Source: Candidatus Latescibacterota bacterium (GTDB lineage: Bacteria > Latescibacterota > UBA2968 > UBA8231). From it: a DNA stretch of 64,000 bases. Below are positions 1 to 9,720 of the stretch, one piece after another; positions within the stretch are counted from its first letter, which is position 1; every line of letters begins with the position of its first letter. Below the pieces are notes generated by a model. It saw only the letters and a list, made by a program, of their open reading frames with translations, was not told the DNA's origin and made no database searches. The position numbers were made by a program, and so were the translations under genes. The stretch covers positions 3,104,001 through 3,168,000 of the forward strand of contig OZ220089.1 of the NCBI GenBank assembly GCA_964291625.2. Reading direction: 5' to 3'.

Positions 1-351
1 CAGGCCGCGGGCGAAGGCGAGGACGAAGGCCATGATGTGGGCCGAGATGTGGTCGTTGTAGATGCCGCGCTGGTTGGTGACCGTCACGTCGCTGTCGACC
101 AGCTCCGGGAAGTAGAACCCCGGGCTCGGCCCCGCCGCCGGCGCGCACAGCCAGGTCAGCTCCCGGGCGGCGGCCAGCAGCTCCGGGTCGAGGGTGCCGA
201 AGGCGCCGCGGACCTCGCCGATCCGCTCCAGGGCCTCCTCCCGCGAGCCCGGCAGCAGGATCTCGATCTCCGGCACTTCCTCGCCGAGGGCTTCCGCCCA
301 GCGGCGCAGGCGGTCGTTCACGGGCGGCAGGAACATGAAGCTGCAGGACAT
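1..351 (-). CDS. D-2-hydroxyacid dehydrogenase family protein (N-terminal part, runs off window)
   Basis: Own translation from ATG 351: MSCSFMFLPP...VTVTNQRGIYNDHISAHIMAFVLAFARGL, typical of the 2-hydroxyacid DH substrate-binding domain. Confidence 0.75.
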   Translation of the reverse strand, partial: MSCSFMFLPPVNDRLRRWAEALGEEVPEIEILLPGSREEALERIGEVRGAFGTLDPELLAAARELTWLCAPAAGPSPGFYFPELVDSDVTVTNQRGIYNDHISAHIMAFVLAFARGL

Positions 352-416
352 GGCGCTCTCTCGGGAATGTGGTTCCAGGTGCGTGGGCAGGGCCGCGGCG
401 CCGGGGGGCGCCGCCC

Positions 417-992
417 CTATGGTCTCCGCTCTTTCAGGGCGCCCCAAGAGGCCGGCGCCACGTTCGTCTGCTCCGGATCGAGGTACAACCTCGCGCCGAT
501 GTAGTAGCTGTTGCCCTGGATCTCGATGGGGGCGGCGTAGCTCACCTTGGGGGACTCGTCGGGTCCATCGATGGCCGGGTTGTCGAAGAGGTAGTGCACC
601 CACCCTCCCCCGGCCTGGGCCGCCTTGACCAGCTCCTGCACGATCCGGACCCCGTTGGCGTCCTCCTGCTCGTAGTTGTTGGTCCCCTCCCGGGCGGGGT
701 TGGCGCCGTGGAAGAAGCTGGTGCCGTCGAAGCTGGTGATGAAGATGTAGATCGCCCCCTCCCTCCAGCGCTCGGTGCGGAGGTCGGCCAGGACGGCCTG
801 CAGCTCCTCGTCGGTCCCGGTGGCGTCGAGCAGGCCCTTGGCCCCGAGGACGAACTCCTTCAGCGTCTCCCGGTCGACCACGTCGGCCGCGGCCAGGACA
901 TGGCTGTCCGCGAGAGCCGGGTGCAGGGCGGTGGACAGGTGGCCGGCCGCCAGGGCGAGGGCCAGCGAGAGGGTCAGTGAAGCGCGGGTCAT
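417..992 (-). CDS. Secreted single Cache-domain protein with C-terminal SWGALK tail
   Basis: Signal peptide; YIFI...HGANP...DANGVRIVQELVKAAQAGGGWVHY...PKVSY Cache pattern. Confidence 0.75.
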   Translation of the reverse strand: MTRASLTLSLALALAAGHLSTALHPALADSHVLAAADVVDRETLKEFVLGAKGLLDATGTDEELQAVLADLRTERWREGAIYIFITSFDGTSFFHGANPAREGTNNYEQEDANGVRIVQELVKAAQAGGGWVHYLFDNPAIDGPDESPKVSYAAPIEIQGNSYYIGARLYLDPEQTNVAPASWGALKERRP

Positions 993-1094
993 TGGGTCTC
1001 CTCCGTGGTTTCCTTGAATGCTCCAGCGAATATCCCGGAAGCATCCGGAATCCGCAACGCGCTCAGCCCGTGGCTGGCCACCCGTGAGCCGCCA

Positions 1095-1961
1095 TCAACG
1101 CCCTTGACGGGCACCCCCGCCGTCGCGCGCCCTCGCCCACGCCTCATGGAAAGCAGCCATCGTGGGGAACCGCTCCGCCGGCTGCTCGCGGCAGGCGCGT
1201 TCCACGACCTCGCGGACTTCGCCGGGGACCCCGGTCGGCTCGAAGAAGACGGCCGCCGCCCGCCCCATGGTGAAGACGGTGGTGCGCTCGTCGATGCGGG
1301 CTCCCCGGGTGAACTCCTCGGGGGCCATGAACCGCGTCGAGCCGAACAGGCGCCCCATCTCGTTGACGAAGGGCCCGCGCCGGTAGTTGTCCAGGTCGAC
1401 GATGTGAGGAACGCCGCGGTCGAAGTCGTAGATCACGCAGCCGTCGTAGAAGTCGCAGGCGATCCAGCCGCGCGCCGCCAGCCGGCGGTGGACGTCGTAG
1501 ATCTCGTCCAGAACCCGCAGGATCGTCCCCCCCGGCAGATGCACGAACCGGTAGAAGGAGGAGCCCGGGCGGGTCCGCTCCGCGGCGGGGACCCGCAGCA
1601 GCAGGCCCTCGACCCAGTCGTAGACCAGCAGCGGGCCGTCGGGCGCTTCGACGACGCGGTGGAGGGTTGGCAGGGCCCGGTGGGTCAGGGAACGTGCGAG
1701 GACGGCGGCGTTTCTCAGGAGATCGCCCCGGGCGCGGTGATCGGCCCAGGCGGTGGAGAACCCGACCTCGCCGGGGGTCTTGACGAAGAACCTGCGGCCG
1801 TCGACGTCCACGCCGTAGGAGATGTTGCCGGAGTCCTGCGTCTCTTCACCGAAGCGGGCGAAGATCTCGCCGCAGGCGCGCAGGAACTCGGTCGCCGGCA
1901 GCGGGGTCTCGCGCTCCGTCAGCAGCCGTGTCGAGGGGAGTTGCGGGTGTTCGGGGCTCAC
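1095..1961 (-). CDS. Ser/Thr protein kinase-like protein
   Basis: FFVK, GWIACDFYDG (HRD-like), IVDLD, GSTRFMAPEE; GTG start uncertain. Confidence 0.7.
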   Translation of the reverse strand: MSPEHPQLPSTRLLTERETPLPATEFLRACGEIFARFGEETQDSGNISYGVDVDGRRFFVKTPGEVGFSTAWADHRARGDLLRNAAVLARSLTHRALPTLHRVVEAPDGPLLVYDWVEGLLLRVPAAERTRPGSSFYRFVHLPGGTILRVLDEIYDVHRRLAARGWIACDFYDGCVIYDFDRGVPHIVDLDNYRRGPFVNEMGRLFGSTRFMAPEEFTRGARIDERTTVFTMGRAAAVFFEPTGVPGEVREVVERACREQPAERFPTMAAFHEAWARARDGGGARQGR

Positions 1962-2121
1962 GCGCCGGCTCGCCGCGAAGGGCGCCTCGGCCGCCGAAGG
2001 CGCTCGGGCGCTGGCGCGCATCCGGGGGGTTGCTCCTCGGGCCGGCGTCTGGCGGCCGTCGGGTCCTCACTCGCCGCCCCAGGCAGGCGCCGCCAGCCGC
2101 CGACGGGCTCGCGGCCGGCGC

Positions 2122-2865
2122 TCATTCGCCGCCTCCCGGGAGGTGCCTCGGGGATGGAATCACGGGAGCCGCGGGGGTCCCGGGCCCTCTCCGGCCGGGG
2201 GGCCGGTCGGCGGCGAATCGTGCCAGCTCCTCCAGGTCCTTCTCCACCCGCAGGCGCCAGGCCTCCTGGAGATGGAGCGAGAAGCCGAAGGAGGTGGCGC
2301 GGTCGAACTCCAGGTTCAGCTTCCCCGTCTCGGCGAGGGCGCGCTCCAGGGCGTTCTGGATGCGCTGCCGGGCGAGGGTGATCACCGAGTCGGGCGACGC
2401 CGACTCGACGGAGGCCGAGGTGAGCATCCGCGGCACGTCGCGGTTCAGCTTGCGCGCCGCCACCTCGGAGAGGGCGAAGTGGATCTGCTCGTGCTCGAGG
2501 ACATACATGGGCGAGAGGCCGTGCTCCCGGTTCCACCACGAGCAGGAGCGCGAGAACAGGCCGCGGAAGTCGAGATTCTCGACGCGGGGACGGTAGGGGC
2601 CCTCGCCCCCCGGGCGGATCGGCTCGGCGAAGACCCGGGCCCGGGGGTCGGGGGCCACGTAGGCGCAGGAGACGGCCACCGGCCGCGGCATGTGGATGCC
2701 CAGAAAGGCCTTGGGCGGGTGCTTGGCGAGGAAGTCGCCGCGCTTGAGGGCGCGGTAGGTGATCACGTCGCTGGTGTCGAGCCGGACCGGGGGGGCCTGG
2801 CCGGCGGCGGGGACCGCCATCAGGGCTGAAGCCGCGAGCGGAACCAGGAGGCCGAGGGCGCTCAT
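2122..2865 (-). CDS. Secreted DUF922-like putative Zn-dependent protease
   Basis: Signal peptide; SWW...VLEHEQIHFALSE motif. Confidence 0.6.
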   Translation of the reverse strand: MSALGLLVPLAASALMAVPAAGQAPPVRLDTSDVITYRALKRGDFLAKHPPKAFLGIHMPRPVAVSCAYVAPDPRARVFAEPIRPGGEGPYRPRVENLDFRGLFSRSCSWWNREHGLSPMYVLEHEQIHFALSEVAARKLNRDVPRMLTSASVESASPDSVITLARQRIQNALERALAETGKLNLEFDRATSFGFSLHLQEAWRLRVEKDLEELARFAADRPPGRRGPGTPAAPVIPSPRHLPGGGE

Positions 2866-2944
2866 GGCCGCCGAATCTCAGTTGCCGCCCCCGGGGGGGC
2901 AAGCTCTCGACAGGGCTGCCGCCGGGCGATAGCTTGCGCCCGCC

Positions 2945-3922
2945 ATGGACGGAAAGATGAGATCGGCCAGACTGGTGGCGCCCCGGCGCTGGGAGCTGCT
3001 GGAGCAGGAGATCCCGGAGCCGCGGGAGGGGACGATGCTGGTGCACCTGCGGCGCACGGCGATCTGCGGCACCGACAAGCCCTGCTGGGTCGGCCTCGCC
3101 GACGACTACCCCCTGCCGCCGGGGACCAGCGGCCACGAGGCCATGGGCACGGTGGCGGCCTGTCCCTCGGGCCGCTACGCCGAGGGGGAGCAGGTCCTGC
3201 TCTACGGCTTCGACCGGCCCCTCTACCAGGAGTACTGCCTGGCCACCGACGACGGCGGCTGCATCCGCCTGCCGGCCGATGCCGAGCCGGAAGTGGTGCT
3301 CATGAGCCAGCTCTTCGGCACCGTGCTGCACGCCTTCTACAAGCTCGGAAACCTCATCGGCCAGGACGTGGTGGTCATCGGCCAGGGGCCGGTGGGCCAG
3401 CTATTCAACGCCGCCCTGCGCAACCTCGGCGCCCGCCGCATCATCGCCGTCGATCCCCTGGACCACCGCCGCGAGCTGGCCCCGACGATGGGAGCCACCC
3501 ACGCCCTGGCCCCGGGCGACGACCTGCGCGACCGGGTGCTGGCGATCACCGGCGGCGAGCTGCCCCACATGGCGGTCGAGGCGGTGGGCCTGGAGTCCAC
3601 CTTCCACCTGGCCGCCGACCTCGTGCGCCACCGGGGCACCATCCTCTACTTCGGCGTCCCCAACAAGGAAGAGGGCCGGGGGGTGATGTCGCTGAACTTC
3701 CTGAGGATGTTCGGCAACGAGACCCGCATCGTCACCACCGTGGGACCGGACCCCCACGCCGACTACGCCACCGCCCTCCAGTGGATCACCGAAGGCCGCA
3801 TCGACGTGCGCCCCATGATCACCCACGTCCTCCCCTTCGAGCGCATCCAGCAGGCCTTCGAGATCGCCTTCGAGGAGCCCGCCGCCCACGGGGCGGTGAA
3901 GGTGGTGCTCAGCTTCGAGTAG
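2945..3922 (+). CDS. Zinc-binding alcohol dehydrogenase (MDR family)
   Basis: ICGTD, GHE, GQGPVG Rossmann motif, KVVLSF end. Confidence 0.9.
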   Translation: MDGKMRSARLVAPRRWELLEQEIPEPREGTMLVHLRRTAICGTDKPCWVGLADDYPLPPGTSGHEAMGTVAACPSGRYAEGEQVLLYGFDRPLYQEYCLATDDGGCIRLPADAEPEVVLMSQLFGTVLHAFYKLGNLIGQDVVVIGQGPVGQLFNAALRNLGARRIIAVDPLDHRRELAPTMGATHALAPGDDLRDRVLAITGGELPHMAVEAVGLESTFHLAADLVRHRGTILYFGVPNKEEGRGVMSLNFLRMFGNETRIVTTVGPDPHADYATALQWITEGRIDVRPMITHVLPFERIQQAFEIAFEEPAAHGAVKVVLSFE

Positions 3923-3941
3923 GGGGTGTCCGGCCGGCTCT

Positions 3942-4463
3942 CTACAGAAACTCGTCCAGGCCGGCACTGAAGCCGGAGAGCGTCGGCGAGGACATGGTCT
4001 GACCCTGGCCGTAGATGCCCACCACTTCGAAGTCGCCGGCTCCCAGCCCCAGCACCGTCACCGTCCGAGCGTCCGGATCGACCAGCCAGTACTCCTTCAC
4101 GCCGTGTCGGGCGTACAGGGCCCGCTTGAGCGTGCGGTCCCGGCCGGCGGTGGCGGGCGACAGGATCTCGACGACCAGGTCCGGCGCCCCGAGGACGTTG
4201 TCGCCGCCGAGCAGCAGGTGGGCCCGCTCGTCGGACACGAACAGCAGGTCAGGCTGCACCACGTCGGTCTTCGACAGCACCACGTCGCAGGGGGCGGGAT
4301 AGACCTCGCCCAGGCCTTCCTGCTGCACGAATGCATGGAGCAGCGCTCCCAGCCTGATGCCGATCCTCTGGTGCCTCAGGTTGGGTACGGGGGCCGGGAT
4401 CAGCTCTCCGTCCAACAGCTCGAAGCGCTGGTCCTCCTTGACGGCGGGGTTGGGGGGGATCAT
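3942..4463 (-). CDS. Uma2 family endonuclease
   Basis: ELLDGEL, HQ, VQPDLLFV, APDLVVEILSP, KRALYARHGVKEYWLVDP. Confidence 0.9.
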   Translation of the reverse strand: MIPPNPAVKEDQRFELLDGELIPAPVPNLRHQRIGIRLGALLHAFVQQEGLGEVYPAPCDVVLSKTDVVQPDLLFVSDERAHLLLGGDNVLGAPDLVVEILSPATAGRDRTLKRALYARHGVKEYWLVDPDARTVTVLGLGAGDFEVVGIYGQGQTMSSPTLSGFSAGLDEFL

Positions 4464-4599
4464 GGCCTTCTCCTCTCGTCAATCGCTGCAAAGCGATAGC
4501 GGGCCAAGTTCAAGGGGCCTCGATGAGGGATGGCCTGCCAAGGTGGTGCAGATGAGGCGCTCGAGGCCCCGTTCGGAGGTGTCGGTGGGCCCCGTGAGC

Positions 4600-5013
4600 C
4601 TACTGCTCTGCGAACGGGTTTATGACCCGGAGGCCATCGTAGTCCTGTTCCGAACTGAGGTCTTCGGAGTAGACCGCATCGCAGCCCAGGGCGCGTGCCG
4701 CCGCAAGAATGGCAGCGTCCCAGTAGGACAGCCGGAAGCGTTGGCTGATGGCTACCGCATCCCGAAAGAGGCTGAGCGTGACATCTTGGACCGGATTCAT
4801 CATGACCGGCCCCAGGAACTCCCAGGCATCGTCGTGAGTGAGCCGGCCGGGGCGAGTCGAGCGCGTTGCCTGGTGATAGAACTCCTGCAGGACTTGCACC
4901 GATACGGCAAGGTCTGAACCCGCGAGAAGCTCACGGGCGCGGTCCCGTTTGGCGGCCTCCTCAGGCAACCGGCTCGCCGCGTACAGCAGCACGTTGGTGT
5001 CGACGAGGCGCAC
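4600..5013 (-). CDS. PIN-domain (VapC-like) toxin
   Basis: LVDTNVLLY, QVLQEF, LSYWDAAI, SEDL, INPF. Confidence 0.9.
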   Translation of the reverse strand: MRLVDTNVLLYAASRLPEEAAKRDRARELLAGSDLAVSVQVLQEFYHQATRSTRPGRLTHDDAWEFLGPVMMNPVQDVTLSLFRDAVAISQRFRLSYWDAAILAAARALGCDAVYSEDLSSEQDYDGLRVINPFAEQ

Positions 5014-5018
5014 CGCAG

Positions 5019-5324
5019 CTACCCGGTTGGCCGACGACGGCGTTCACGCTCCGCCTCTGTCCGCGCGCGGTTCCGGTCGTACAGCTCTTCGCGGGTGAGA
5101 TTGTCGGACATCCTCAGGCCGACGCCACGGGCATCGAAGTCCTGGAAGACTTGCCGCATCAGTTCGCGGCGACGCTCGGCCTCTTTCTCCGCGCTCTTGC
5201 TGCCGGACGCAAGGCTCTTCAGGAAGTCCCGCACCAAGGCAGAAACGGAGGTGTCCAACTCCGCTGCCCGGATGCGGGCGAGCCGATGGGTCTGTTCGTC
5301 GACGGACACGGTGATGTTCTTCAT
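5019..5324 (-). CDS. Ribbon-helix-helix antitoxin
   Basis: MKNITVSVDE...ARIRAAELDTSVSALVRDFL, TREELYDR; directly upstream of PIN gene. Confidence 0.8.
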   Translation of the reverse strand: MKNITVSVDEQTHRLARIRAAELDTSVSALVRDFLKSLASGSKSAEKEAERRRELMRQVFQDFDARGVGLRMSDNLTREELYDRNRARTEAERERRRRPTG

Positions 5325-5327
5325 GAG

Positions 5328-5350
5328 TCACAGCCTCACAGTTTCTGTAA
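5328..5350. promoter_or_regulatory. Probable TA autoregulatory operator
   Basis: TCACAG direct repeat (5328, 5336) plus near-inverted CTGTAA just upstream of the antitoxin start. Confidence 0.4.
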
Positions 5351-5490
5351 AGCACAAAAGTAGGTGCCCATGACCGATGGGCAACACCTGGGGGCGGTGG
5401 GGAGTTTTCTGGGATCGGCGCGTGGAGGTCCGGCGCTTCCTCGGCGTCTGGCGCTCTTGGTCCAACCGAGACGTTTGGCCTACGAGTCCC

Positions 5491-6435
5491 TTACGGCCTC
5501 TGCGCCCCGTTGGTCTCGACGTACACAGAGAACAGCGACTGCGAGCAGGTGATGAACAGCCGGTTCCTTTTCGCGCCGCCGAAGCAGAGGTTGGCGCAGG
5601 GCGCCGGCAGGTGGATCTGGCCGATCAGGGTGCCGTCGGGGGCAAAGCAGTGGATGCCGTCGTAGCCCTCGCCTCCCCAGCAGGCCCCCGACCACAGGTT
5701 GCCGTCCACATCGGTGCGGACCCCGTCCGACGAGCCGGGCTCCATGTCGGCGAAGACGCGCCCGTTGGCGAGGCGGTCGCCGTGGACGTCGAAGACGCGG
5801 ATGTGGGTGGGGTGTTCGGGCCCGTCGGAGCGACCGGTGTCGACGATGTAGAGGAGCGACTCGTCCGGGCTGAAGCAGAGGCCGTTGGGGCGCTGGAAGT
5901 CCCCGGCCACCACCGTCGCTTCGCCCGTATCCGGGTCGAGGCGGTACACGTTGGCGGCATTCTCGAACTCGTCCCGATGGCCCTCGTAGTCCATCAGGAT
6001 GCCGTACCCGGGGTCGGTGAACCAGATCGACCCATCGGACTTCACCACGATGTCGTTGGGGGCGTTCAGCGGCCGGCCCTCGAACCGGTCCATCAGCACG
6101 GTGATCGAACCGTCGTACTCGGTCCGCGTGACCCGGCGCGTGTCGTGCTCGCACGACAGCAATCGCCCCTGGAGATCGCGCGTGTTGCCGTTGGTGTTGT
6201 TGGATGGCTTGCGGAAGACCGAGACCTCCCCGGTCTCTTCCTCCCACTTGAGGATGCGGTTGTTGGGTATGTCGCTGAAGAGCAGGTAGCGGCCGTCGCC
6301 GAACCACACGGGGCCTTCGAGCCAGCGTCCGCCGGTCCAGAGCATCTCGAGGGCGGCGTTGGCCAGCTTGTAGCGCGCGAAGCGCTCGTCGAGCACCTCG
6401 ATGCGGCTGTCGGGATACCTCACGAGTTCCATCAT
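5491..6435 (-). CDS. SMP-30/gluconolactonase family protein
   Basis: EGPVW, FSDIPN, NAPND, FTDP, PNGLCFSPDE, DGVRTDVDG; ATGA overlap with upstream gene. Confidence 0.9.
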   Translation of the reverse strand: MMELVRYPDSRIEVLDERFARYKLANAALEMLWTGGRWLEGPVWFGDGRYLLFSDIPNNRILKWEEETGEVSVFRKPSNNTNGNTRDLQGRLLSCEHDTRRVTRTEYDGSITVLMDRFEGRPLNAPNDIVVKSDGSIWFTDPGYGILMDYEGHRDEFENAANVYRLDPDTGEATVVAGDFQRPNGLCFSPDESLLYIVDTGRSDGPEHPTHIRVFDVHGDRLANGRVFADMEPGSSDGVRTDVDGNLWSGACWGGEGYDGIHCFAPDGTLIGQIHLPAPCANLCFGGAKRNRLFITCSQSLFSVYVETNGAQRP

Positions 6436-7280
6436 TTGCGGCGGAACTTCTGCACCCGGTCGTGAAGGGTGGCGACTTCGCCGATGTAGAGGGAGCCTTC
6501 GTCGTCGACCCAGATGCTGTGGGGGGAGTCGGCGAACTGACCCGGGGCCGGGCCGTCCTCGCCCCAGCGGGCCAGCAGCCGCCCCTCCATGTCGAAGATG
6601 CTGATGCGGGAGTGGGCCTCCACTATGTAGACCGTATCGTCCGGGGTGATGAAGAGGTCCATCGGCATCACCAGGTCCGTCCACTCGTCCAGGTAGCGGC
6701 CCTCCGAGTCGAAGCGCTGGATGCGGTTGTTCTCGCGGTCGACGGCCCAGACGCGCTCGCCGCGGTCGACCCACAAGCTGTGGGGCAGGGCGAACTGGCC
6801 CGGACCGGTGCCCTCGGACCCCCATGAATGGAGCAGCTCTCCCGCCTCCGAGATGCGGTGGATGCGGTGCTGGCCGTAGCCGTCGGAGACGTACAGGTCC
6901 CCGGAAGGGCCGCGCATCGCCTTGGTGGGCTGGTTGAAGGGCTGGTCGGGCGCGCCCGGCACGCCCGGCGTGCCCCACGTGCGGACCACTTCCCCCCGCG
7001 GGCTGAAGCAGCGGATGGTGTGGTCGTCGGTGTCGGCCGCGTAGACCCGGTCCTCGCCGTCGACCCACAGGAGGTGGGGATTCCCCAGCAGGCCGGCTCC
7101 CCAGGTGTCGAGATAGGCCCCGTCACGGTCGTAGACCAGCAGGGCGGGGGGGTGACGGCGGCCGACGAAGACCCGGCCCCGGCTGTCGGCGGCCACTCCG
7201 GGCACGACGCCGCCCATGGAGCGGCCCCGGGGGCCAAGGCCCCAGTGTTCGACGACTTCGTACTCATGGGTAGAGCTCAT
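6432..7280 (-). CDS. NHL-repeat beta-propeller (PAL-like) protein
   Basis: FNQPT, YVSDGYGQHRI, GTGPGQFALPH, DRENNRIQRF. Confidence 0.85.
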   Translation of the reverse strand: MSSTHEYEVVEHWGLGPRGRSMGGVVPGVAADSRGRVFVGRRHPPALLVYDRDGAYLDTWGAGLLGNPHLLWVDGEDRVYAADTDDHTIRCFSPRGEVVRTWGTPGVPGAPDQPFNQPTKAMRGPSGDLYVSDGYGQHRIHRISEAGELLHSWGSEGTGPGQFALPHSLWVDRGERVWAVDRENNRIQRFDSEGRYLDEWTDLVMPMDLFITPDDTVYIVEAHSRISIFDMEGRLLARWGEDGPAPGQFADSPHSIWVDDEGSLYIGEVATLHDRVQKFRRK

Positions 7281-7360
7281 GGGATTCCTTTGGGTGAGGG
7301 GGCGAGTGGCGGGCTATCTTGGTGATGCGGACAGCGGCCTGCAACAGGTGAGGAGAGAGC

Positions 7361-8167
7361 ATGAGACTGACAGATGATCATTTCCGGACGTTTCTGGAAC
7401 AGGGCTTCGTGGTGGTGGAGGACTTCTATCCGGAGGAACGCCGGGCCGAGATCGCCGAGGGCATCCGCCGGACCCTCCCTCCCTGGGAGGCGCTGGCCGA
7501 CGATCCGCCCGCAAATCGGATCCTGACGGACGACTTCCCCTACGCCGACATGCTCTTCAACGAGTTCATCATCGACTGGGACCTCATCGAGTTCGTGCAG
7601 CGGGCCCTCGACACCGAGGAGATCTTCTTCCGCTACGCCCACAACTGGGCGCGCTACCCCGACCCCGGGGCCGAGCAGCGGGGCCTGCACATCGACAATG
7701 GCAACAACTCGCTCCTGCCGCCCACGTCCGACCGGCGCTACGCGCAGATCAGCACCTGGTACTTCCCCGAAGCGGTGGACGAGAACCAGGCCCCCATGCG
7801 GATCGTGCCCAAGGCCCATGGAAAGGACCTGAGCAAGCGGGTCCTGCTGACCGTGCCGGCGGGTACCCTCATGATCTTCCACACCCACCTCTGGCACTCG
7901 GCGACCGTCTTCAGGGGCAGCGAAGGGCAGCGCTATTCGGTCACGCGGATCTACGGCCGCGCCGACCACTACTGGGAGGGGGTGAGCAGCTTCACCAACC
8001 TGGGGATGAACGAGCACTTCCGGGCCTTCATCGGCCGGCTCCCGGCGCGCGAGCGGGAGCTGTTCCGCTTTCCGCCCCCCGGCCACGAGTACTACACCCG
8101 GGAGACGCTGGCCCGCCTCGAGGAGCAGTATCCGGGCTGGAATGCGCGGGGCGAGTACGACTCGTGA
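7361..8167 (+). CDS. Phytanoyl-CoA dioxygenase (PhyH) family Fe/2OG enzyme
   Basis: FLEQGFVVVEDF, LHID, IVPKAH, AGTLMIFHTHLWH. Confidence 0.85.
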   Translation: MRLTDDHFRTFLEQGFVVVEDFYPEERRAEIAEGIRRTLPPWEALADDPPANRILTDDFPYADMLFNEFIIDWDLIEFVQRALDTEEIFFRYAHNWARYPDPGAEQRGLHIDNGNNSLLPPTSDRRYAQISTWYFPEAVDENQAPMRIVPKAHGKDLSKRVLLTVPAGTLMIFHTHLWHSATVFRGSEGQRYSVTRIYGRADHYWEGVSSFTNLGMNEHFRAFIGRLPARERELFRFPPPGHEYYTRETLARLEEQYPGWNARGEYDS

Positions 8168-8182
8168 GAGCCCACGGCCCCG

Positions 8183-8584
8183 TCACTCCTCCACGTGGCT
8201 CAGCACGAGGTCCCGCAGGGTCACCATGCCGAGGGGGGCGCGCTCGGCATCGATGACCACGGCGCGGGAGAGCTCGAAGCGCACGAGCATGCGCACCGCG
8301 TAGCGGGCGAGCATGCCCGCCGGCAGGGTGAGGACCGGCTTCGACATGATCTCGTAGACGTTGACCCGCTCGGGGGCGCGGTTCCTGGCGATCACCTCGC
8401 GGGCGATGTCCGCCACCACCAGCAGGCCGTACTCGTCGTCGTCGTCGCGCCGGTCGACGGCCAGCGAGCTGACCTCGTGACGCTTCATGAGGTCCATGGC
8501 GTCGGCCACGGTGGCCAGCCTGTCTATGGTGTAGAGCGTGGAGCCCATCAGGTCTCCAACCCGGATGATGCGGTTCTCGCTCAT
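8183..8584 (-). CDS. CBS-domain pair protein
   Basis: MSENRIIRVGDLM...TVADAMDLM...IMSKPV...GMVTLRDL. Confidence 0.85.
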   Translation of the reverse strand: MSENRIIRVGDLMGSTLYTIDRLATVADAMDLMKRHEVSSLAVDRRDDDDEYGLLVVADIAREVIARNRAPERVNVYEIMSKPVLTLPAGMLARYAVRMLVRFELSRAVVIDAERAPLGMVTLRDLVLSHVEE

Positions 8585-8586
8585 GG

Positions 8587-8931
8587 CTAGTCCTCCACTT
8601 CTTCGAGGATCGTGGGGAGTTGGGTGGTGAGGCCGACGGCGTCCTCGATCGGGACCTGGAACGCAATGCCGGCGCCGGGCTCCTCCTCGAAGCGGCCGGC
8701 ATCGCGGATGCGCTCCAGAATGTCGCGCGCCCGCGTCTCGACCACCAGGAAGAGGACGACGTCGCGACGGGCCGCAAGGTCGAGACCGAAGAAGGTCTTC
8801 TGCGGCTTCAACCCTTCGCCGCGCACGCCGGTGAAGATCGTGGCGCCCGTCGCCCCGCCGGTGCGGGCGGCATCGACCACGGTATCGGTCTTTTCGTCGC
8901 TCACCAGGGCGACGATCAGCTTCAGTTGCAT
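8587..8931 (-). CDS. P-II-like signal transduction protein
   Basis: KLIVALV, GATGATI, RGEG, PGAGIAFQVPIEDAVG. Confidence 0.85.
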   Translation of the reverse strand: MQLKLIVALVSDEKTDTVVDAARTGGATGATIFTGVRGEGLKPQKTFFGLDLAARRDVVLFLVVETRARDILERIRDAGRFEEEPGAGIAFQVPIEDAVGLTTQLPTILEEVED

Positions 8932-8934
8932 GGC

Positions 8935-9720
8935 TCAACTCTCCTCGGAAGGGTTGGCGTCTCGCCCGCGGCCCACCCGGGCCACGACCATGGCATAGCC
9001 CAGCACGGACATGATGGGAAAGACGCTGGCGAAGGCGATGAGGCCGAAGCCGTCGATGAGCGGGCTGCGCCCGGGAACGGTGGCGGCGAGCCCCAGACCC
9101 AGCGCCGCGACGACCGGCACGGTGACGGTCGACGTGGTGACGCCGCCGCTGTCGTAGGCGAGGGGCACGATGGTCCGGCTGGAGCGAAAGGTCTGGGCGA
9201 TCACGACGACATAGGCGGCGATGATGTACCAGGGCAGGGGAGTGCCGGTGACGATGCGAAAGCAGCCCAGGGCCACCCCCGCGGCCACGCCGAAGGCCAC
9301 GGCGATCCTCAGGCCCCAGGCGTGGATGGCGCCGCCGGAGATCTCCTCGGCCTTGAGGGCGACGGCGATAAGGGAGGGCTCGGCCACGGTCGTGGCGAAG
9401 CCGATCGCCGCGGCGAAGGCGTAGACCAGCAGGTAGTCGTACCAGTCGACCCCGTCGGCCAGATTCTCCGTCCCGATCGTCTCGGGGGCGGTGAGCTGGC
9501 GGGCCATGGTCTCGCCGATGGGGAAGAGGGCCTCCTCCAGGCCGATCAGGAACAGCGTGAGACCCAGCAGGACGAAGACGAACCCGGCCGCGATCCGCCG
9601 CAGGTTCGGCAGGCTGCGGCGCAGGACCGCCACCTGGAACAGGACGAGGACGACGACGATGGGCGCCACGTCGAGGGCGGTGGACCCCGCGGTGGCCACG
9701 ATGGTGTGCAGGAACTCCAC
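8935..9720 (-). CDS. DUF1538 membrane protein
   Basis: [33 protein letters not shown]. Confidence 0.85.
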   Translation of the reverse strand: MEFLHTIVATAGSTALDVAPIVVVLVLFQVAVLRRSLPNLRRIAAGFVFVLLGLTLFLIGLEEALFPIGETMARQLTAPETIGTENLADGVDWYDYLLVYAFAAAIGFATTVAEPSLIAVALKAEEISGGAIHAWGLRIAVAFGVAAGVALGCFRIVTGTPLPWYIIAAYVVVIAQTFRSSRTIVPLAYDSGGVTTSTVTVPVVAALGLGLAATVPGRSPLIDGFGLIAFASVFPIMSVLGYAMVVARVGRGRDANPSEES

